A DNA stretch of 63,045 nucleotides, counting the filler, from Octopus bimaculoides (taxonomy: Eukaryota), in assembly GCF_001194135.2 (NCBI RefSeq). It is 3 parts of 2 records of this genome, joined end to end, with 100 filler letters (N's around TTAATTAATTAA, not from the genome) between each part and the next. Parts side by side here need not be neighbours in the genome. Positions count along the whole stretch, not along the records: positions 1 to 15,335 come from NC_068987.1; 2 more parts are not named here. One strand, written 5' to 3'. Shown here piece by piece: positions 1 to 12,283 of the stretch. Below the pieces are notes generated by a model. That model ran no database searches. It had not been told where the DNA came from and worked only from the letters and a program-made list of their open reading frames with translations. Position 1 is the first letter of the stretch, and the number at the start of each line of letters is the position of its first letter. Made by a program: the position numbers and the translations under genes.

Positions 1-219
1 GGCACATAAAAGACACCATTTCGAGCGTGGCCGTTTTCATGCGGGTGACACGTAAAAGCACCCACTACACTCTCTGAGTGGTTAGCGTTAGGAAGGGCAT
101 CCAGCTGTAGAAACTCTGCCAAATTAGATTGGAGCCTGGTGTTGCCATCCGGATTCACCAGTCCTCAGTCAAATTGTCCAACCCATGCTAGCATGGAAAG
201 CGGACGTTAAACGATGATG
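1..219 (+). mobile_element. 3' part of a SINE with RTE-type tail
   Basis: Contains GGAAGGGCATCCAGCTGTAGAAAC and ends CCCATGCTAGCATGGAAAGCGGACGTTAAACGATGATG; a diverged inverted copy lies at ~6950-7100. Confidence 0.7.
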
Positions 220-823
220 GCCGACCAAAGTGTTATGAGTGGATTTGATAGATGGAAATTGAAAGAAGTCCATCATATATGTGTGCTTAACCCCACAACT
301 ATGGTGCTGGTTTGTTTCCCCATATAACTTACCAGTTTGGCAAAAAGAGACTGACAGAATAAATACCAGGCTTCAAAAATTTAGTATTGGAGTCGATTTG
401 TTTGACCAAAACCTTCATCATTGCTATTCTACTACAATGACTTCTGCTCCTCTAAAACCATGTCCCATTTCATTAAGGACAGCTCATGTACCTTTCTCTC
501 TTCCCCTCTTATCTCTACTATGTTTCACTACTAACCTTAAAAAATTCCAAATGTAATGCAAGACCCCTTCCTCCTCATTCAACTAAATAACAATCATAAC
601 ACTCTTAAAACCTATTAATATAATACAAGGTAGCAGATACACAATTAGTCAGTAAGCTGATAATACACCAATTTATATCTCATCTGTTTTTGCTCGACCA
701 CCATTAGTATCACATTTACATTTTTTTCTTCCAACACCAAAAATATCTGGTTTGCAAATTAAAACAGAAAACAAATATTTAAGAACAAACCACAACATAT
801 AGAAAAAATTTTTTAATTTTTCT

Positions 824-1993
824 TTACACTGAATAACCAACAATGTCTAAAACATTGGCTCCAAGAAGTTGGAAATGTTCTAAGGCACTTTGAAGAGCTT
901 CTGTGTTGTGCTTAATGTCCTTTCTGCACATCAGTTTCAATGAAGTATTTTGCTGATTGCCTTCAGTTTTTCTAGGATTACTAAGGGAATAATCAGAACG
1001 AAATGTTTCATTGGGAACAGTTGATGTCTGTTCTTCATTAACAGTTTCATGTAAAACATTACATTCTTTCTTTAATTGTTCTTTGTGTTTTCTACTCTTT
1101 GGTGCAGTACATTCTTCTGTAGAGACTTTACCAGACACTTCTGCAGACATTGAATCTTTTTGGTTAAAATTATCCATTTCTTCTCGAGATCTTTTCTTTT
1201 TCTTTTTTTTTCTTTTTGTGTAAAAATCTTCATCTCTAGTTTCTAAATCTTTTTCTATATCAACATTAAGCACCGCTGTACTTTGCTCCCCAGAATTGGG
1301 AACTGTACTTTGGTTCTCAAGATTAACAAGTACCGAACTCTGCACCATAGAATTATGAAGTACACTTTTAGAATCAACCACCTCACAATCTTGTTCTTTC
1401 TTTTTCTTCTTCTTCTTTGATTTCTTTATTTTTGTCTCACCAGTTGTCGAACAAACAGTTTCTCCATTACTTACATCATTCTCACCATCACAGTCAACAA
1501 CATCAGATGTGGTCTCTTTGCACTTTTTATGCTTGTCTTTTTTCTTCTTCTTATGTTGAACCACAATACACTCATCTGTCATCTCAACAGATTGTTTTTT
1601 ATAATTATCTACAGATTCAGAATTATGCTCACCATCTACATCAGTTATTAATTCACATGCTGCCTCTTCTTCAAATTCCTCGTCCTTAACCTTCTTTTTC
1701 TTTTTCTTCTTTAACTTCTTAACAGTCTCCTCAGGGCAGTGGTCAACATCCATAGTAGAATCTGACTTATCTTTGATAGTTTGCTCAGGGCAGTGGTTAA
1801 CCTCCATAGAACAATCCAAGTCTGTAGGTTCTGTAACCAGAGATTCCTTGTGTGCAGAATCACTGTCTCTTACTTGTAAATGTGCATCTTTCATTATTTT
1901 CATTTTCATAGCAAAATATTCCAATACACTCTTCCCAGTATTTATGGTCAAAACTCCATGCTTTTCATTAATGACCAGCTTCTCAGTAGATTC
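824..1993 (-). CDS. PINX1: PIN2/TERF1-interacting telomerase inhibitor 1, exon 5 (terminal, Lys/Glu-rich tail)
   Basis: Acceptor tttctag|GAA at 1994/1993, phase 0, in frame with ORF 824..1951. TINTGKSVLEYFAMKMK matches PinX1 TTSAFTIQEYFAKRM. Poly-Lys clusters; stop TAA at 826-824. Confidence 0.9.
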   Translation of the reverse strand, partial: ESTEKLVINEKHGVLTINTGKSVLEYFAMKMKIMKDAHLQVRDSDSAHKESLVTEPTDLDCSMEVNHCPEQTIKDKSDSTMDVDHCPEETVKKLKKKKKKKVKDEEFEEEAACELITDVDGEHNSESVDNYKKQSVEMTDECIVVQHKKKKKDKHKKCKETTSDVVDCDGENDVSNGETVCSTTGETKIKKSKKKKKKKEQDCEVVDSKSVLHNSMVQSSVLVNLENQSTVPNSGEQSTAVLNVDIEKDLETRDEDFYTKRKKKKKKRSREEMDNFNQKDSMSAEVSGKVSTEECTAPKSRKHKEQLKKECNVLHETVNEEQTSTVPNETFRSDYSLSNPRKTEGNQQNTSLKLMCRKDIKHNTEALQSALEHFQLLGANVLDIVGYSV

Positions 1994-2165
1994 CTAGAAA
2001 ATAGATATTAAATAGATATTATTAAAATAATTTATTATAATTTATCTTTAATGAGGTAAATAAAATCATGAGCCAAATAAATTATTGAATGAGGAGGGGG
2101 CAAGTGACGGGGGAGGGACAGAGATAGGGTTTCACATGCATGAGGTTTTACAAATATGGATATAT

Positions 2166-2573
2166 AGGCACAGGCATGACTGTGTTATAAGACGCTTGCT
2201 TCCCAGCCACATAATCTTGGGTTCAGTCCCACTGCAAGGCACCTTGGGCAAGTGTCTTCTACTACATATAGCCTCAGGCCAACCAAAGCCTTCAGTGGAT
2301 TTGGTAGATGTAAACTGAAAGAGACCTATCATATATATGTGTGTGTGTATGTATGTGTGTGGCCCCTTGTGTCCACGTTTGTCATACCACCACTGCTTGA
2401 CAACTGGTGTTGGTGTTCACATCCCTGTAATTTAGTGATTCAGAAAAAACACTAATAGAATAGGTATTAGCTTTAAAAAAAGTCCTGGGATCGATTTATT
2501 CAACTAAAACCTTTCAAGGTGATGCTCCAACATAACAGCAGCCAAATGACTGAAACTAGTAAAAAATAAAAGA
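2166..2573 (+). mobile_element. tRNA-derived SINE, near full length (PINX1 intron 4)
   Basis: Head AGGCACAGGCATGACTGTG...GGTTCAGTCCCACTGC, internal (GT)n, tail GCTCCAAC...AATGACTGAAAC; same family as 20193-20608 and 58757-59149. Confidence 0.8.
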
Positions 2574-3144
2574 CATCTTATTTCGTTCTGATTTCCATCA
2601 ACATTTACTGTTTAGATGTCTGTGTCTTTCTGCTGCTAACTAATCCCTTAAACTGATAAAGATAGAGAAAGAGGATAAGATAAAATAGAATTAAGTACTT
2701 TGTTCTTACGTCCAATTGGAAATATAAGACATACTAACATAAACACCTCCTGAGACCCGAGAAGTTTTCACAAGGCCAATAATGTTTCACAGCATGAAAA
2801 CAGGAGATAATTTCATACTTTAACTGCAGCATCAATTGAAGAAACTCCAGATTGAGACAGTGGACAAAAGAGAGTGTGAGAGCAATGTGGTATTGGATAG
2901 AGAAGATTTGTATATGTACACATATGAAGGAAGCAAGAGAGATGTAATGCATCTTTGTGAGTGCGTCTGAAGGAATACACATAAGCTTTTCAATGAAAGA
3001 AGAGACAAACAGACAGGCAGACACAAAAATACTGTTATATATATGTATGTGTACATCTGTGTGAATGCATGTGCTACGTATAAGGAGATGTAACAAAGAA
3101 AAGAGGGAGAGAATGGAAAAAGGAGATTATCAAAGAAACCTTAC

Positions 3145-3319
3145 TGATTTTGCATCAATATTAGCAGCTTCAAGAGGAACCACTTCTGATGATGGGGATG
3201 ATGATGGCACCAGATCAGTCTCAGGTTTCTTCATCTTGGTTTTCCTTCGGCCAAATATACAATCCATGTCCTCTGCTGTCCGACCTGACAGATCTTTGCT
3301 TTTCATGTGTTTGTGGTAG
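3145..3319 (-). CDS. PINX1: PINX1 exon 4
   Basis: Acceptor ctctcag|C at 3320/3319, donor TCA|gtaagg at 3145/3144; 175 nt, phase 2 to 0. YHKHMKSKDLSGRTAEDMDCIFGRRK matches PinX1 YMKFTKGKDLSSRSKTDLDCIFGKRQ. Confidence 0.92.
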
Positions 3320-3539
3320 CTGAGAGAGAATAAAGATAGGAAGATGAGGAGCACTTAAATACTGTTAGGGGTTAGAGTTAAATATAGTATGTGGAACAAA
3401 GATAGGAAGCCGGGGAGGGCTTTATTCAATTTTCGGGGTCAATGAGTTAAATATTGTAGCTGAAAAAGGACTGGAAAATGAATAGGACTTTAAACAGTGT
3501 TAGAAGTTATTGGGTTAAATATTGTAGTTAGACAACATT

Positions 3540-5100
3540 CTTGTTAACCATGAGCATTGTCCTGATCCATGAATATTTTTGTTAAACTTGAACACTTCTT
3601 CACACAGCTGTCCTCATCCATTTCGCATTACATGACCATACCAGTGCAGTCATCTCTCTTGCACACCACATCTGATGCTTCTTATGTCCAACTTTTGTCT
3701 CAGGACACTTACACTGTCATGCATGCACACTGACACTACACATCCAGCAGAGCATACTGGTCTCATTTCTTTCAAGCCTACGCATGTCCTCAGCAGTCAC
3801 AGCCCATGTTTCACTGCTATGTAGCATGGCTGTTTGCACACAGGCATCATACAGTCTACCTTTCACTCTGAGCAAGAGGTCTTTTGTTACAAGCAGAGGT
3901 AGGAGCTCTCTGAACTTTAGCAGTTATGCTCTCAGAGCATCTACCCCCATTACTGACTTGGTCACCTAGGTAACGGAAGCTATCAACTATCTCCAGTTTT
4001 GCCTCCTGGCACTTGATGGAATCTGTTTTCTGTACATTTTCAGTGTTTATTGCACCTGTGCATCTTCCACACACAAAAATTATCTTCCCAGTTAACCTTC
4101 CTTTGATATTGCTGCACCTCTTTTGCTTACAGCTTACACCAAGTATATCGTATGGAGTTTCTACCTATGCCTTTTCTACAGCTCAAGCAGGGCCATCTAC
4201 CTGAAGGGATTTGTGATTTGTCTGACTTCCTAATTACTAAGACTTTGGTTTTTGCTAGGTTAACTCTAAAGCCCTTCAGCTATTAGAGCAAGGTCACCAG
4301 TACAGAGGAGCTCCCAGAGGCAGTCTGTCATGAATTCCTCTGTTATTGCCTGGTGGACTATGATGAACAAGAGGGGGCTGAGGACAGATCTTTCGTGAAC
4401 CCCTACTTCTACCTTGAATTCTTTACTATACTTATTGCCAACCCTCGCCTTACTGACAGCATCCCTGTACATGGCTTGTACAGCTTTCACCAACCACTCA
4501 TCTAAGCCTAGTTTCCACATTGACCACCAGATGAGGGATCGGGGGACCCTGTCAAAGGCTTTCTCCATGTCAATGAAAGTCAGGTACAGAGGTTTATCTT
4601 TGGCTATGTATTTCTCCTGCAGCTGTCTTACCAGAACTCTCTCTCTCTAATTAATTGGGCTATGAACCTCTCCGTGACTTTCATCACCTGATCCAACAAT
4701 TTGATACCTCTATAATTATTTCTATCTAAGGTGTCACCTTTACCTTTGTAGTAGTTGACTATGGTGCTGCTACACCAGTTATTGGGTATGATTCCTCCGT
4801 GTATCACCTGGTTCGTAATACGGGTGACTAGGGTATAGCTGACACTGCCAGATATTTTAAGCATCTCAGCAGTGATTCCTGATAAGCCGGGGGCTTTCCC
4901 TGTCTTCATATCCTTAATTGCTTTATCTACCAAGGTACTGTCAATTCGGATAGCTGGTCCCTCTGTTGGATCGACATTTATCAGACTCTCTTTCTCCCAT
5001 TCATTTTCTTTATTTAGCAACTTTTCATAGTGGCATCTCCAAGTCTCTCTCTTTGCAGCATCATTAAATGCATGTGAGCCATCATTCATGTGGACACATT
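3540..5100 (-). mobile_element. Degenerate RTE-clade LINE (RT region) in PINX1 intron 3
   Basis: Broken ORFs 4628..5089 (KTGKAPGLSGI, NYRGIKLL), 4266..4568 (EKAFDRVPR, GVHERSVLSPLLFII) and 3856..4074 (FRYLGD) are collinear non-LTR RT motifs with frameshifts. Confidence 0.85.
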
Positions 5101-5193
5101 TCTCTGAAATATTCGACAGTACTCCAGCATGGCCACAGTCTAATGACTGAAAACAAGTAAAAGAATGAAAGGATAATAATTAAGAAAACTTAC

Positions 5194-5359
5194 TGCACAC
5201 GCTTTTTGGCCACACAAGACTTTTCTGCCAACTTGCTAACATCATCTGTATCAGCATGACTGGCACTAGTGTGGGTTTCACTCAAACTGTTCAACAAGGA
5301 GTTAAAATCATCCTGGTGACTCATCAAGTTGTCACCAAAGACTTTTTTAAAACCAAGCC
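5194..5359 (-). CDS. PINX1: PINX1 exon 3
   Basis: Acceptor tttacag|GG at 5360/5359, donor CA|gtaagt at 5194/5193; 166 nt, phase 1 to 2. Translates GLGFKKVFGDNLMSHQDDFNSLLNSL...LAEKSCVAKKRVH (PinX1 HQDDFNQLLAEL...SKNRVH). Not in the ORF track. Confidence 0.92.
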
Positions 5360-6069
5360 CTGTAAAGTAATAACAGGAAAATTAATTAACACATTTGGTA
5401 TGGGAAAGTGAAGTGTAGAGAGGAGTCACAATAGCAAAGTCAGGGATGTAGAGAGAAGAGTCATGATGACAAAGTAAAGAGTGTAGAATAGCCTGATAGA
5501 ATATTGCAGTATCATTGAATAATTCATGTTCATTCAGTGGAATGGAAGATCTTCATAGTTTGTTGATGAGGATTCAGTTGCTCATCCCTGAATTAAATGT
5601 ATAGTGTTCCCTTAACATCTTTCTCAAGCAGAATCAGTGATATACAGTGAATGTGATAAGGCTATACTCTTTTGAATTACAAGTACAATTCATGTCAGGC
5701 TTCTGTACAGTATCAGTCTACCCAAGGCCATGCCCCAGTATGGCCACAGTCTAATGACTAAAACAAGCAAAAGATAAAAGACCCAGTTTTAATCACAAGA
5801 CATTATAAAAGCTCCTTCACTGGTCAGCAATGTCCTGTCAATGATACCTAGTTATGGTCATGTTACCTTAAAATTTCCATCTTGATACAAGTGGTTTACA
5901 TTTTTAATGAGGAGTAAAGAATCTGCTGAGGAATGTTTGGCTACTACATTCAGCAGATCAAGTTACAATGTAAAAGGCTCCTTCTTTTGCTTAGGTCACC
6001 TCTATTTGCTGCTACCCTGAACAAGTCAAATGACTATAGACATTGTGATCTCATGATCAGTATTTCAAA

Positions 6070-6250
6070 GGCAGTAAGTTCTTTTGACAAAGAGATCTGG
6101 CACCCACCACATGGTTTCAGGTTCAGTGCCACTGCATGGCACCTTGGGTCTTCTACTATAGACCCAGGCTAACCAAAGCCTTGAGTGCATTTAGAAGATT
6201 GAAACTGAAAGGAAGATTGTCATATATATGTGTGTGTATGTATCTGTGTG
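6070..6250 (+). mobile_element. SINE 5' fragment (PINX1 intron 2)
   Basis: CCACATGGTTTCAGGTTCAGTGCCACTGCATGGCACCTTGGG...GAAACTGAAAG followed by (GT)n, homologous to the other SINE copies. Confidence 0.65.
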
Positions 6251-6788
6251 TAGCTGTGTGTTGTGTCTGCATATTTGTTTACATTTGTACTTCTACAAAA
6301 GTTCCAACCTATGAGCAATGATGTTGTCATTTCTCCTGTCAACAAATTATCCACTCACTTCATGCCATTGAAGCTATGTGGAATAACAGGTAAGAATTTA
6401 AACAATAACTCAATAGCAATCATCTAATCCATGTTGACATAAAAAAAAAATGCATGTAAAACCGCACAAGCAAGCAAAGCTCTTCAAAACCTGTCCCACT
6501 AGTTTGCATAGCTGTTTTCAAATCATTAGGAAATTTACTATAAAAGATTTGGCATATACTAAAGCTGATTAAATTACTATGTAGATGTCTACAGCAGCTC
6601 ATAGCAAGATATGAAATGTTAACCCATCAGTCAACATCTTAATTTTTAGCAAACTATAACATGTCATCATGGTAAAAACTAAATAAAAGGAACAAATGGT
6701 AAGAACTAAATGCAACACATGTTACAAAATGGTCACTGGTTTCTAAAGGTTGTGAAAGAATTCCAAAGTGCAATAGTGGTTAACTTAC

Positions 6789-6911
6789 CTTTGGTATCAT
6801 TCTTCTTTGAGACTTTCACATGTTCTCTGCTACCATCTTCTCGCAGCCCCAAACCTTTACCTTTCTCCCAGCCAAACTTCTCAAGCATCTTCTGACCAAA
6901 CTTGTCTTCAT
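6789..6911 (-). CDS. PINX1: PINX1 exon 2 (G-patch domain)
   Basis: Acceptor tttgtcag|AT at 6912/6911, donor G|gtaagt at 6789/6788; 123 nt, phase 1 to 1. DEDKFGQKMLEKFGWEKGKGLGLREDGSREHVKVSKKNDTKG is a canonical G-patch. Confidence 0.95.
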
Positions 6912-6949
6912 CTGACAAATGAAAAATAACAAATATGGATTCTGAAAAA

Positions 6950-7100
6950 TAGTCATTTAACACCCATCTTCCATGCTGGCATGGGTTGGACAATTTGACA
7001 GACTGCAAGCCATAGTACTATATTGAGCACCAATATTGTCTTTGGCATAGTTTCAACAGCCAGAGGACACCCTTCCTAATGCCAACCACTTCACAGAGTG
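6950..7100 (-). mobile_element. SINE 3' part with RTE-type tail, inverted
   Basis: CATTTAACACCCATCTTCCATGCTGGCATGGGTTGGAC...GGACACCCTTCCTAATGCCAACCACT is the reverse complement of the family at 1-219. Confidence 0.65.
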
Positions 7101-7414
7101 TACTGGGTGATTTTTTTTTTTTTTTTTTTTTTGCGTAGTATTGGCACTAATGAGGTCACCAAGTAACTCACAAGACAAGATCCTTCAAACAAGTTGAGGT
7201 GTAGTATTAAGAGAGGTGGCTTTGTATCAGGTATTGACAGGTTCAAATATGGCAGAGTGACAAGAACAGGTGTCTTGCTGTAATGAAGATATATGGCTAC
7301 CAAACAGTAAAAATTTACAATATAGTCAACATAATCACAAGTATGGATGTTTAGAAGTTAGGTTCAAGACCATATTGTTTCAGGTTGTTCCCACTGAGCA
7401 AGAGCCTTCTACTA

Positions 7415-7735
7415 GAGTTGTGGTTGTCAACTGGGTTTCATATAAGATTTTGGGGGGTCCACACAACAAAATAGTAAACTGGGGATCCACAACAGTATTT
7501 TAAAGACCCCTGGAAAAAATTATGCTTTAGCTGTATTACATGAAACGGCTAGGTTTCTTTCTCTAGCATTTTACATAGTTCAACCTACACAGGTTAATGT
7601 GTGAAAAACAAAATAGGAATTTTGAAGAAGTTTCTATGGAACTAGTTTTTAAACATCGAATGACTATGGGGGTCCACCAGAATAAAATAGTTATCAAAGT
7701 GGTCCTTAAATAAGAAAATGGTTGAGAACTCCTGT
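7415..7735. mobile_element. hAT-type MITE relic
   Basis: Termini GTGGTTGTCAAC and GGTTGAGAACTCCTG resemble CAGTGGTTCTCAAC-type hAT TIRs; related to 11673-11867. Confidence 0.5.
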
Positions 7736-7891
7736 AGTAGAGCTTCAGGTTAACCAATACCTTGCAAGTATAATGTGGTAGTCTAAAACTTTGCAGAATC
7801 TTGCAGTGTATATTGTAATACAATTAGCCTGACACACAACTATTTCTGCCTTAAAAAGATTACTTTTGACCAGATACTAGGACTTTGTCTT

Positions 7892-7922
<31 letters not shown>

Positions 7923-7934
7923 CATATATGTATG

Positions 7935-8500
7935 TACGAGGGAATACCCAAAAGTAACCGACAATTTCTCTGTGGGACAAGCCTGTTGCACTTCAGGCTT
8001 CTGTCACAATAAGCCACTTCATGTGACCCTCAGGCATCAGTCTGTCAACTGGTAGCATCGAATGAAGTCATACTGCCATGTGAAGTGTCTTTGTTTTGCA
8101 GTGCTTCTCCACTGTTCGTCGATTTTTGCAATGGCTGAAACAAAGGAACAGCATGCTTTTGTGAAATTCTTTCTGCCAGGGAAAACGGTGACCAAAACAG
8201 TTGTCATGCCTCAAACAGCTTACAAGGATGCTACCATGAGCAAAACACATGTTTACAAATGGCTTTTGTACTTTAGAAATGGTCACTTGTTGCTTGAAGA
8301 CCAACCTCATTCAGGGTGACTGTCGACCTCCTGAACAAATGAAAACATCACGAAAATTCATGAACTGATTTTAGAGGACCATCACCGAATAATTGATGAA
8401 CTTGATATGACTGATGTGTCACTGGAGCACCTGCTAACAAATGAAAAGAGTTGCAGCAAAATTTGTGTGCTGCTTGTTCACGGAAGATCAAAAGCATAGA
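7935..8500 (+). mobile_element. Mariner 5' fragment (TIR plus HTH region of transposase)
   Basis: Begins TA-CGAGGG; broken frame MAETKEQHAFVKF..GKT..T..M.QTAY...MS...VYKW...FRNG..LLEDQPHSG is a mariner transposase N-terminus. Confidence 0.75.
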
Positions 8501-9039
8501 TGCATTGTATTTCAAAGATTCAGGATTATGTAGCTGATTGGAGATTTGTAATGTTTCAAATGTTTTGAATCACAAAATGTGATCACATTAACTAAGGTGA
8601 AATTTGGAAATAGGTTCACAACTCTGACTTGTAATGTCTTGATATTTCTAGCATTAAAAAAAATCTAATCTATCCTAAGAAGGCCTAAAAGATTCAGAAA
8701 ATGTTTAATAATTGTGGCAAAAATGAATCTAAAGACACAATTTTTGATAATGCAGCCATATTAATATTTATAATAATGATGTTTTATGTAGGCACAAGGC
8801 TTCAAATTTTGGAGGAAAGAAACAATTGATTACATTAACTTTAGTATTAATCCAGAAGTATGTACAGTAAAGTTGTCTTCAGTGAGATTTAAGCCCAGAT
8901 CTTGAAAAGCCAAAATAAACACTGTACACTACCAGCATGCAGCCTCAAAATTTCAGAGTGTGAAAGAGTCAGGTGGTCCTTCATTTTGTGCTAATAAACC
9001 ATTTCATTCCATTCTATGTCATATTCCTCTAACAGCAAA

Positions 9040-9250
9040 GACAATGAACTGGCAGAATTATTAGTACACCAGGCAAAATGCTTAGCAGTATTTCATTCAT
9101 CTTTATGTTCTGAGTTCAAATTCCACCAAGGTCCACTTTTTTCATCCTTTCGAGGTTCATAAAATAAGTATCAGTTAAGCACTGGGGTTGATGTAATTGA
9201 CTGAAGCTCCTCCTACTGCAATTATTGGCCTTGTGCCAAAATTTGAATCT
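9040..9250 (+). mobile_element. SINE (second family)
   Basis: CTGGCAGAATTATTAG...GTTCTGAGTTCAAATTCC...GGCCTTGTGCCAAAATTTGAA; homologous to inverted copies at 24560-24776 and 57765-57930. Confidence 0.7.
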
Positions 9251-9403
9251 AAAATTATCCAAAGGCTGGGTGCAACACTGATAACACAGAATCATATATC
9301 ATAGTTAGAAACTGCAGTATTCAGTTTCCAGACTTTCTACAGTGTATTTGCATTAAGTATGACACACAACACTAATTTGAACACTGCTTCCATCATTATT
9401 AAA

Positions 9404-9447
<44 letters not shown>

Positions 9448-9517
9448 TTAGGGAATAGAGCGGGTAAAACCCAGCCTACATGTTTCCTAGCTAGCAGAAC
9501 TTCAGAAGTGGTAATTA

Positions 9518-10378
9518 NNNNNNNNNNNNNNNNNNNNNNNNNNNNNNNNNNNNNNNNNNNNNNNNNNNNNNNNNNNNNNNNNNNNNNNNNNNNNNNNNNN
9601 NNNNNNNNNNNNNNNNNNNNNNNNNNNNNNNNNNNNNNNNNNNNNNNNNNNNNNNNNNNNNNNNNNNNNNNNNNNNNNNNNNNNNNNNNNNNNNNNNNNN
9701 NNNNNNNNNNNNNNNNNNNNNNNNNNNNNNNNNNNNNNNNNNNNNNNNNNNNNNNNNNNNNNNNNNNNNNNNNNNNNNNNNNNNNNNNNNNNNNNNNNNN
9801 NNNNNNNNNNNNNNNNNNNNNNNNNNNNNNNNNNNNNNNNNNNNNNNNNNNNNNNNNNNNNNNNNNNNNNNNNNNNNNNNNNNNNNNNNNNNNNNNNNNN
9901 NNNNNNNNNNNNNNNNNNNNNNNNNNNNNNNNNNNNNNNNNNNNNNNNNNNNNNNNNNNNNNNNNNNNNNNNNNNNNNNNNNNNNNNNNNNNNNNNNNNN
10001 NNNNNNNNNNNNNNNNNNNNNNNNNNNNNNNNNNNNNNNNNNNNNNNNNNNNNNNNNNNNNNNNNNNNNNNNNNNNNNNNNNNNNNNNNNNNNNNNNNNN
10101 NNNNNNNNNNNNNNNNNNNNNNNNNNNNNNNNNNNNNNNNNNNNNNNNNNNNNNNNNNNNNNNNNNNNNNNNNNNNNNNNNNNNNNNNNNNNNNNNNNNN
10201 NNNNNNNNNNNNNNNNNNNNNNNNNNNNNNNNNNNNNNNNNNNNNNNNNNNNNNNNNNNNNNNNNNNNNNNNNNNNNNNNNNNNNNNNNNNNNNNNNNNN
10301 NNNNNNNNNNNNNNNNNNNNNNNNNNNNNNNNNNNNNNNNNNNNNNNNNNNNNNNNNNNNNNNNNNNNNNNNNNNNNT
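9518..10378. other. Assembly gap (N run)
   Basis: 861 N. Other sized gaps: 16802-17050, 21330-21998, 28810-29232, 30489-30904. Confidence 0.99.
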
Positions 10379-10475
10379 ATATATATATATATGAGTGTTA
10401 CTCATCATATAATTGGTAACTTTAGAAGTATACTTTTAGCACCACATTAGGAAATATGGCATAGAAACAAAAATT

Positions 10476-10526
10476 ATAATCTAACTTTTATCAAATTCCT
10501 AAGGAATTTGATAAAAGTTAGATTAT
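10476..10526. repeat. Perfect 51-bp palindrome (25-bp arms, 1-nt centre)
   Basis: ATAATCTAACTTTTATCAAATTCCT-A-AGGAATTTGATAAAAGTTAGATTAT. Confidence 0.95.
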
Positions 10527-11672
10527 GAAATGATGAAATACTAATTTCCAAAAGAAAAAATGTTTTCACTCTGACAGTTCTTTCTCTACAGCTCATTATT
10601 ATATCAAAACATTAAAATACAAGGAAAGAAGAAAGAAGAGAGATAAGAAAGAAAAAGAAAGAAAAAGTGGACGAAAGAAAAATAGAAAGCAGCAGAAAAT
10701 GGAAGGTGAGGGGCGATGGGTCACATATCAAAGAGCAAACTGTATGCTCAGCTGCGCCCTGTGGTAATGTCTGCAATGACATTGTGCTATAGGAAATGAC
10801 CAGTTACACTCACTGCAGTAGCCACTCCACCTTACAGGGCTCATTTCACTGACAGGCCACCGTTATCCCTATTTTGCAAAGGAAACCAGTAGTACAGGGT
10901 CCTAAAACACCTGACACCTCGACAGCAACTGGCACAAACTGATAGCAGCTGGCCCACCCAGGATTGTAGTTGATGCTACAAGGTTGGAGCTAGAGAACGT
11001 GGCGCTGCACATTGCGGCCCAGACTAGAGATCTACCTCCCTCAAATGGGAATCGGGTTATCTCGTTGGGGCACTTACCATACTCCCTTCTAGACCTGTTG
11101 GCTCAAGTTCAGACGGGAAGCCAGTCACATCAAGCCCCTTTCTGGTTATGTCATTCAGAGTATCTCAGCTGCTATTCCTGAAATATTTAACATATCACTA
11201 GAATTTACTATACATGGGGGTACCTGTGAACATGAAGGAGTTCTTTACTTTCTATGAAACTTGTCATCACTTTCAGTTTTTATCGCAATTTATTTACATT
11301 GTTTTAGGAGAAGTTGGCAGGACTTCCTTTTGTACCCCACACACACACACATACAAAAACACCCCTATTTTGTTGTTTTTTTTCCTACACAAAACCCCGT
11401 TTTCAGTTACGGAGAGTACGAATCTGCAAAGAAAATCGGCATTTTCTCCGACACTATTTAAACTTAGAACAGTGGCTATTGGGGTAGATTTAAAGATTTG
11501 ACGGTAGAGACGGACTATATGTAATCTGAACCTTTCCCCCCCTTATTTATTAATTTTTTTTACGGAATCCCCAGATTTCATATAGTCCATCTGGACCTTG
11601 ACTGCTATTTGTAGGTCCAGCGATCGCATACATTTCTCAAGTAACACGTGCTAGGGGGAATGTGTTTACAAT

Positions 11673-11867
11673 GAGTAGTTCTCAACCAGGGGCCATATAT
11701 TTTAACATTTTTTTGTAACACAATTCCTAATAATTTTTAATTACGAAAGTTTAAGGTAAATCTAATTGAATAGGATTTTTTAAAACACAGAATTGGTACG
11801 AAGGTCCAGTTGAGTAAAATAGTAATCAAGCGGGGCCAGAGGCAAAAAAAAATGGTTGAGAACCAGT
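11673..11867. mobile_element. hAT-type MITE
   Basis: Inverted termini AGTAGTTCTCAACC / GGTTGAGAACCAGT, about 195 bp, non-coding. Confidence 0.6.
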
Positions 11868-12216
11868 AAGTTAGATAAATTGGTGATCCTTTAAATTAGT
11901 AAGAGAACACATAATTGAAACTAGTGAAAAAAATACACAATTCAAGCAATATATATCATTACTAATAGGATTTCTTTCGTTACTTATACAAAATCAGGTG
12001 GAGTCGCTACCATCCATCATTAGTAATATATCTTAGACTTTAAAAAGATTATTATATGTACGAATATTACTTAAGTTCATTAGAAATTTTAATGATGTCT
12101 GCGTTTGTATTTGTCTCGTCATTTATTGTTACTGGCTCCACATTGTATTCTTTAAATATTTTTTGAATTTAATGACTGGATCGAAATGTTGATAACCGAA
12201 AAGTTATACAACTTAC

Positions 12217-12283
12217 CATTACTCCAGACATTACCACGTGGATTGACAGAGTATTTCACTCGTATATGCTTCTCTGCTAACAT
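12217..12283 (-). CDS. PINX1: PINX1 first coding exon
   Basis: ATG at 12283; MLAEKHIRVKYSVNPRGNVWSN + G|gtaagt (donor 12217/12216) matches PinX1 MLAERRRKQKWAVDPQNTAWSND. Phase 1 joins exon 2 to give codon GAT. Confidence 0.9.

Noticed and set aside
824-6911. GPATCH4 or a generic G-patch protein
   Set aside because: HQDDFN, KDLS..DMDCIFG and EYFA motifs and the N-terminal exon are PinX1-specific.
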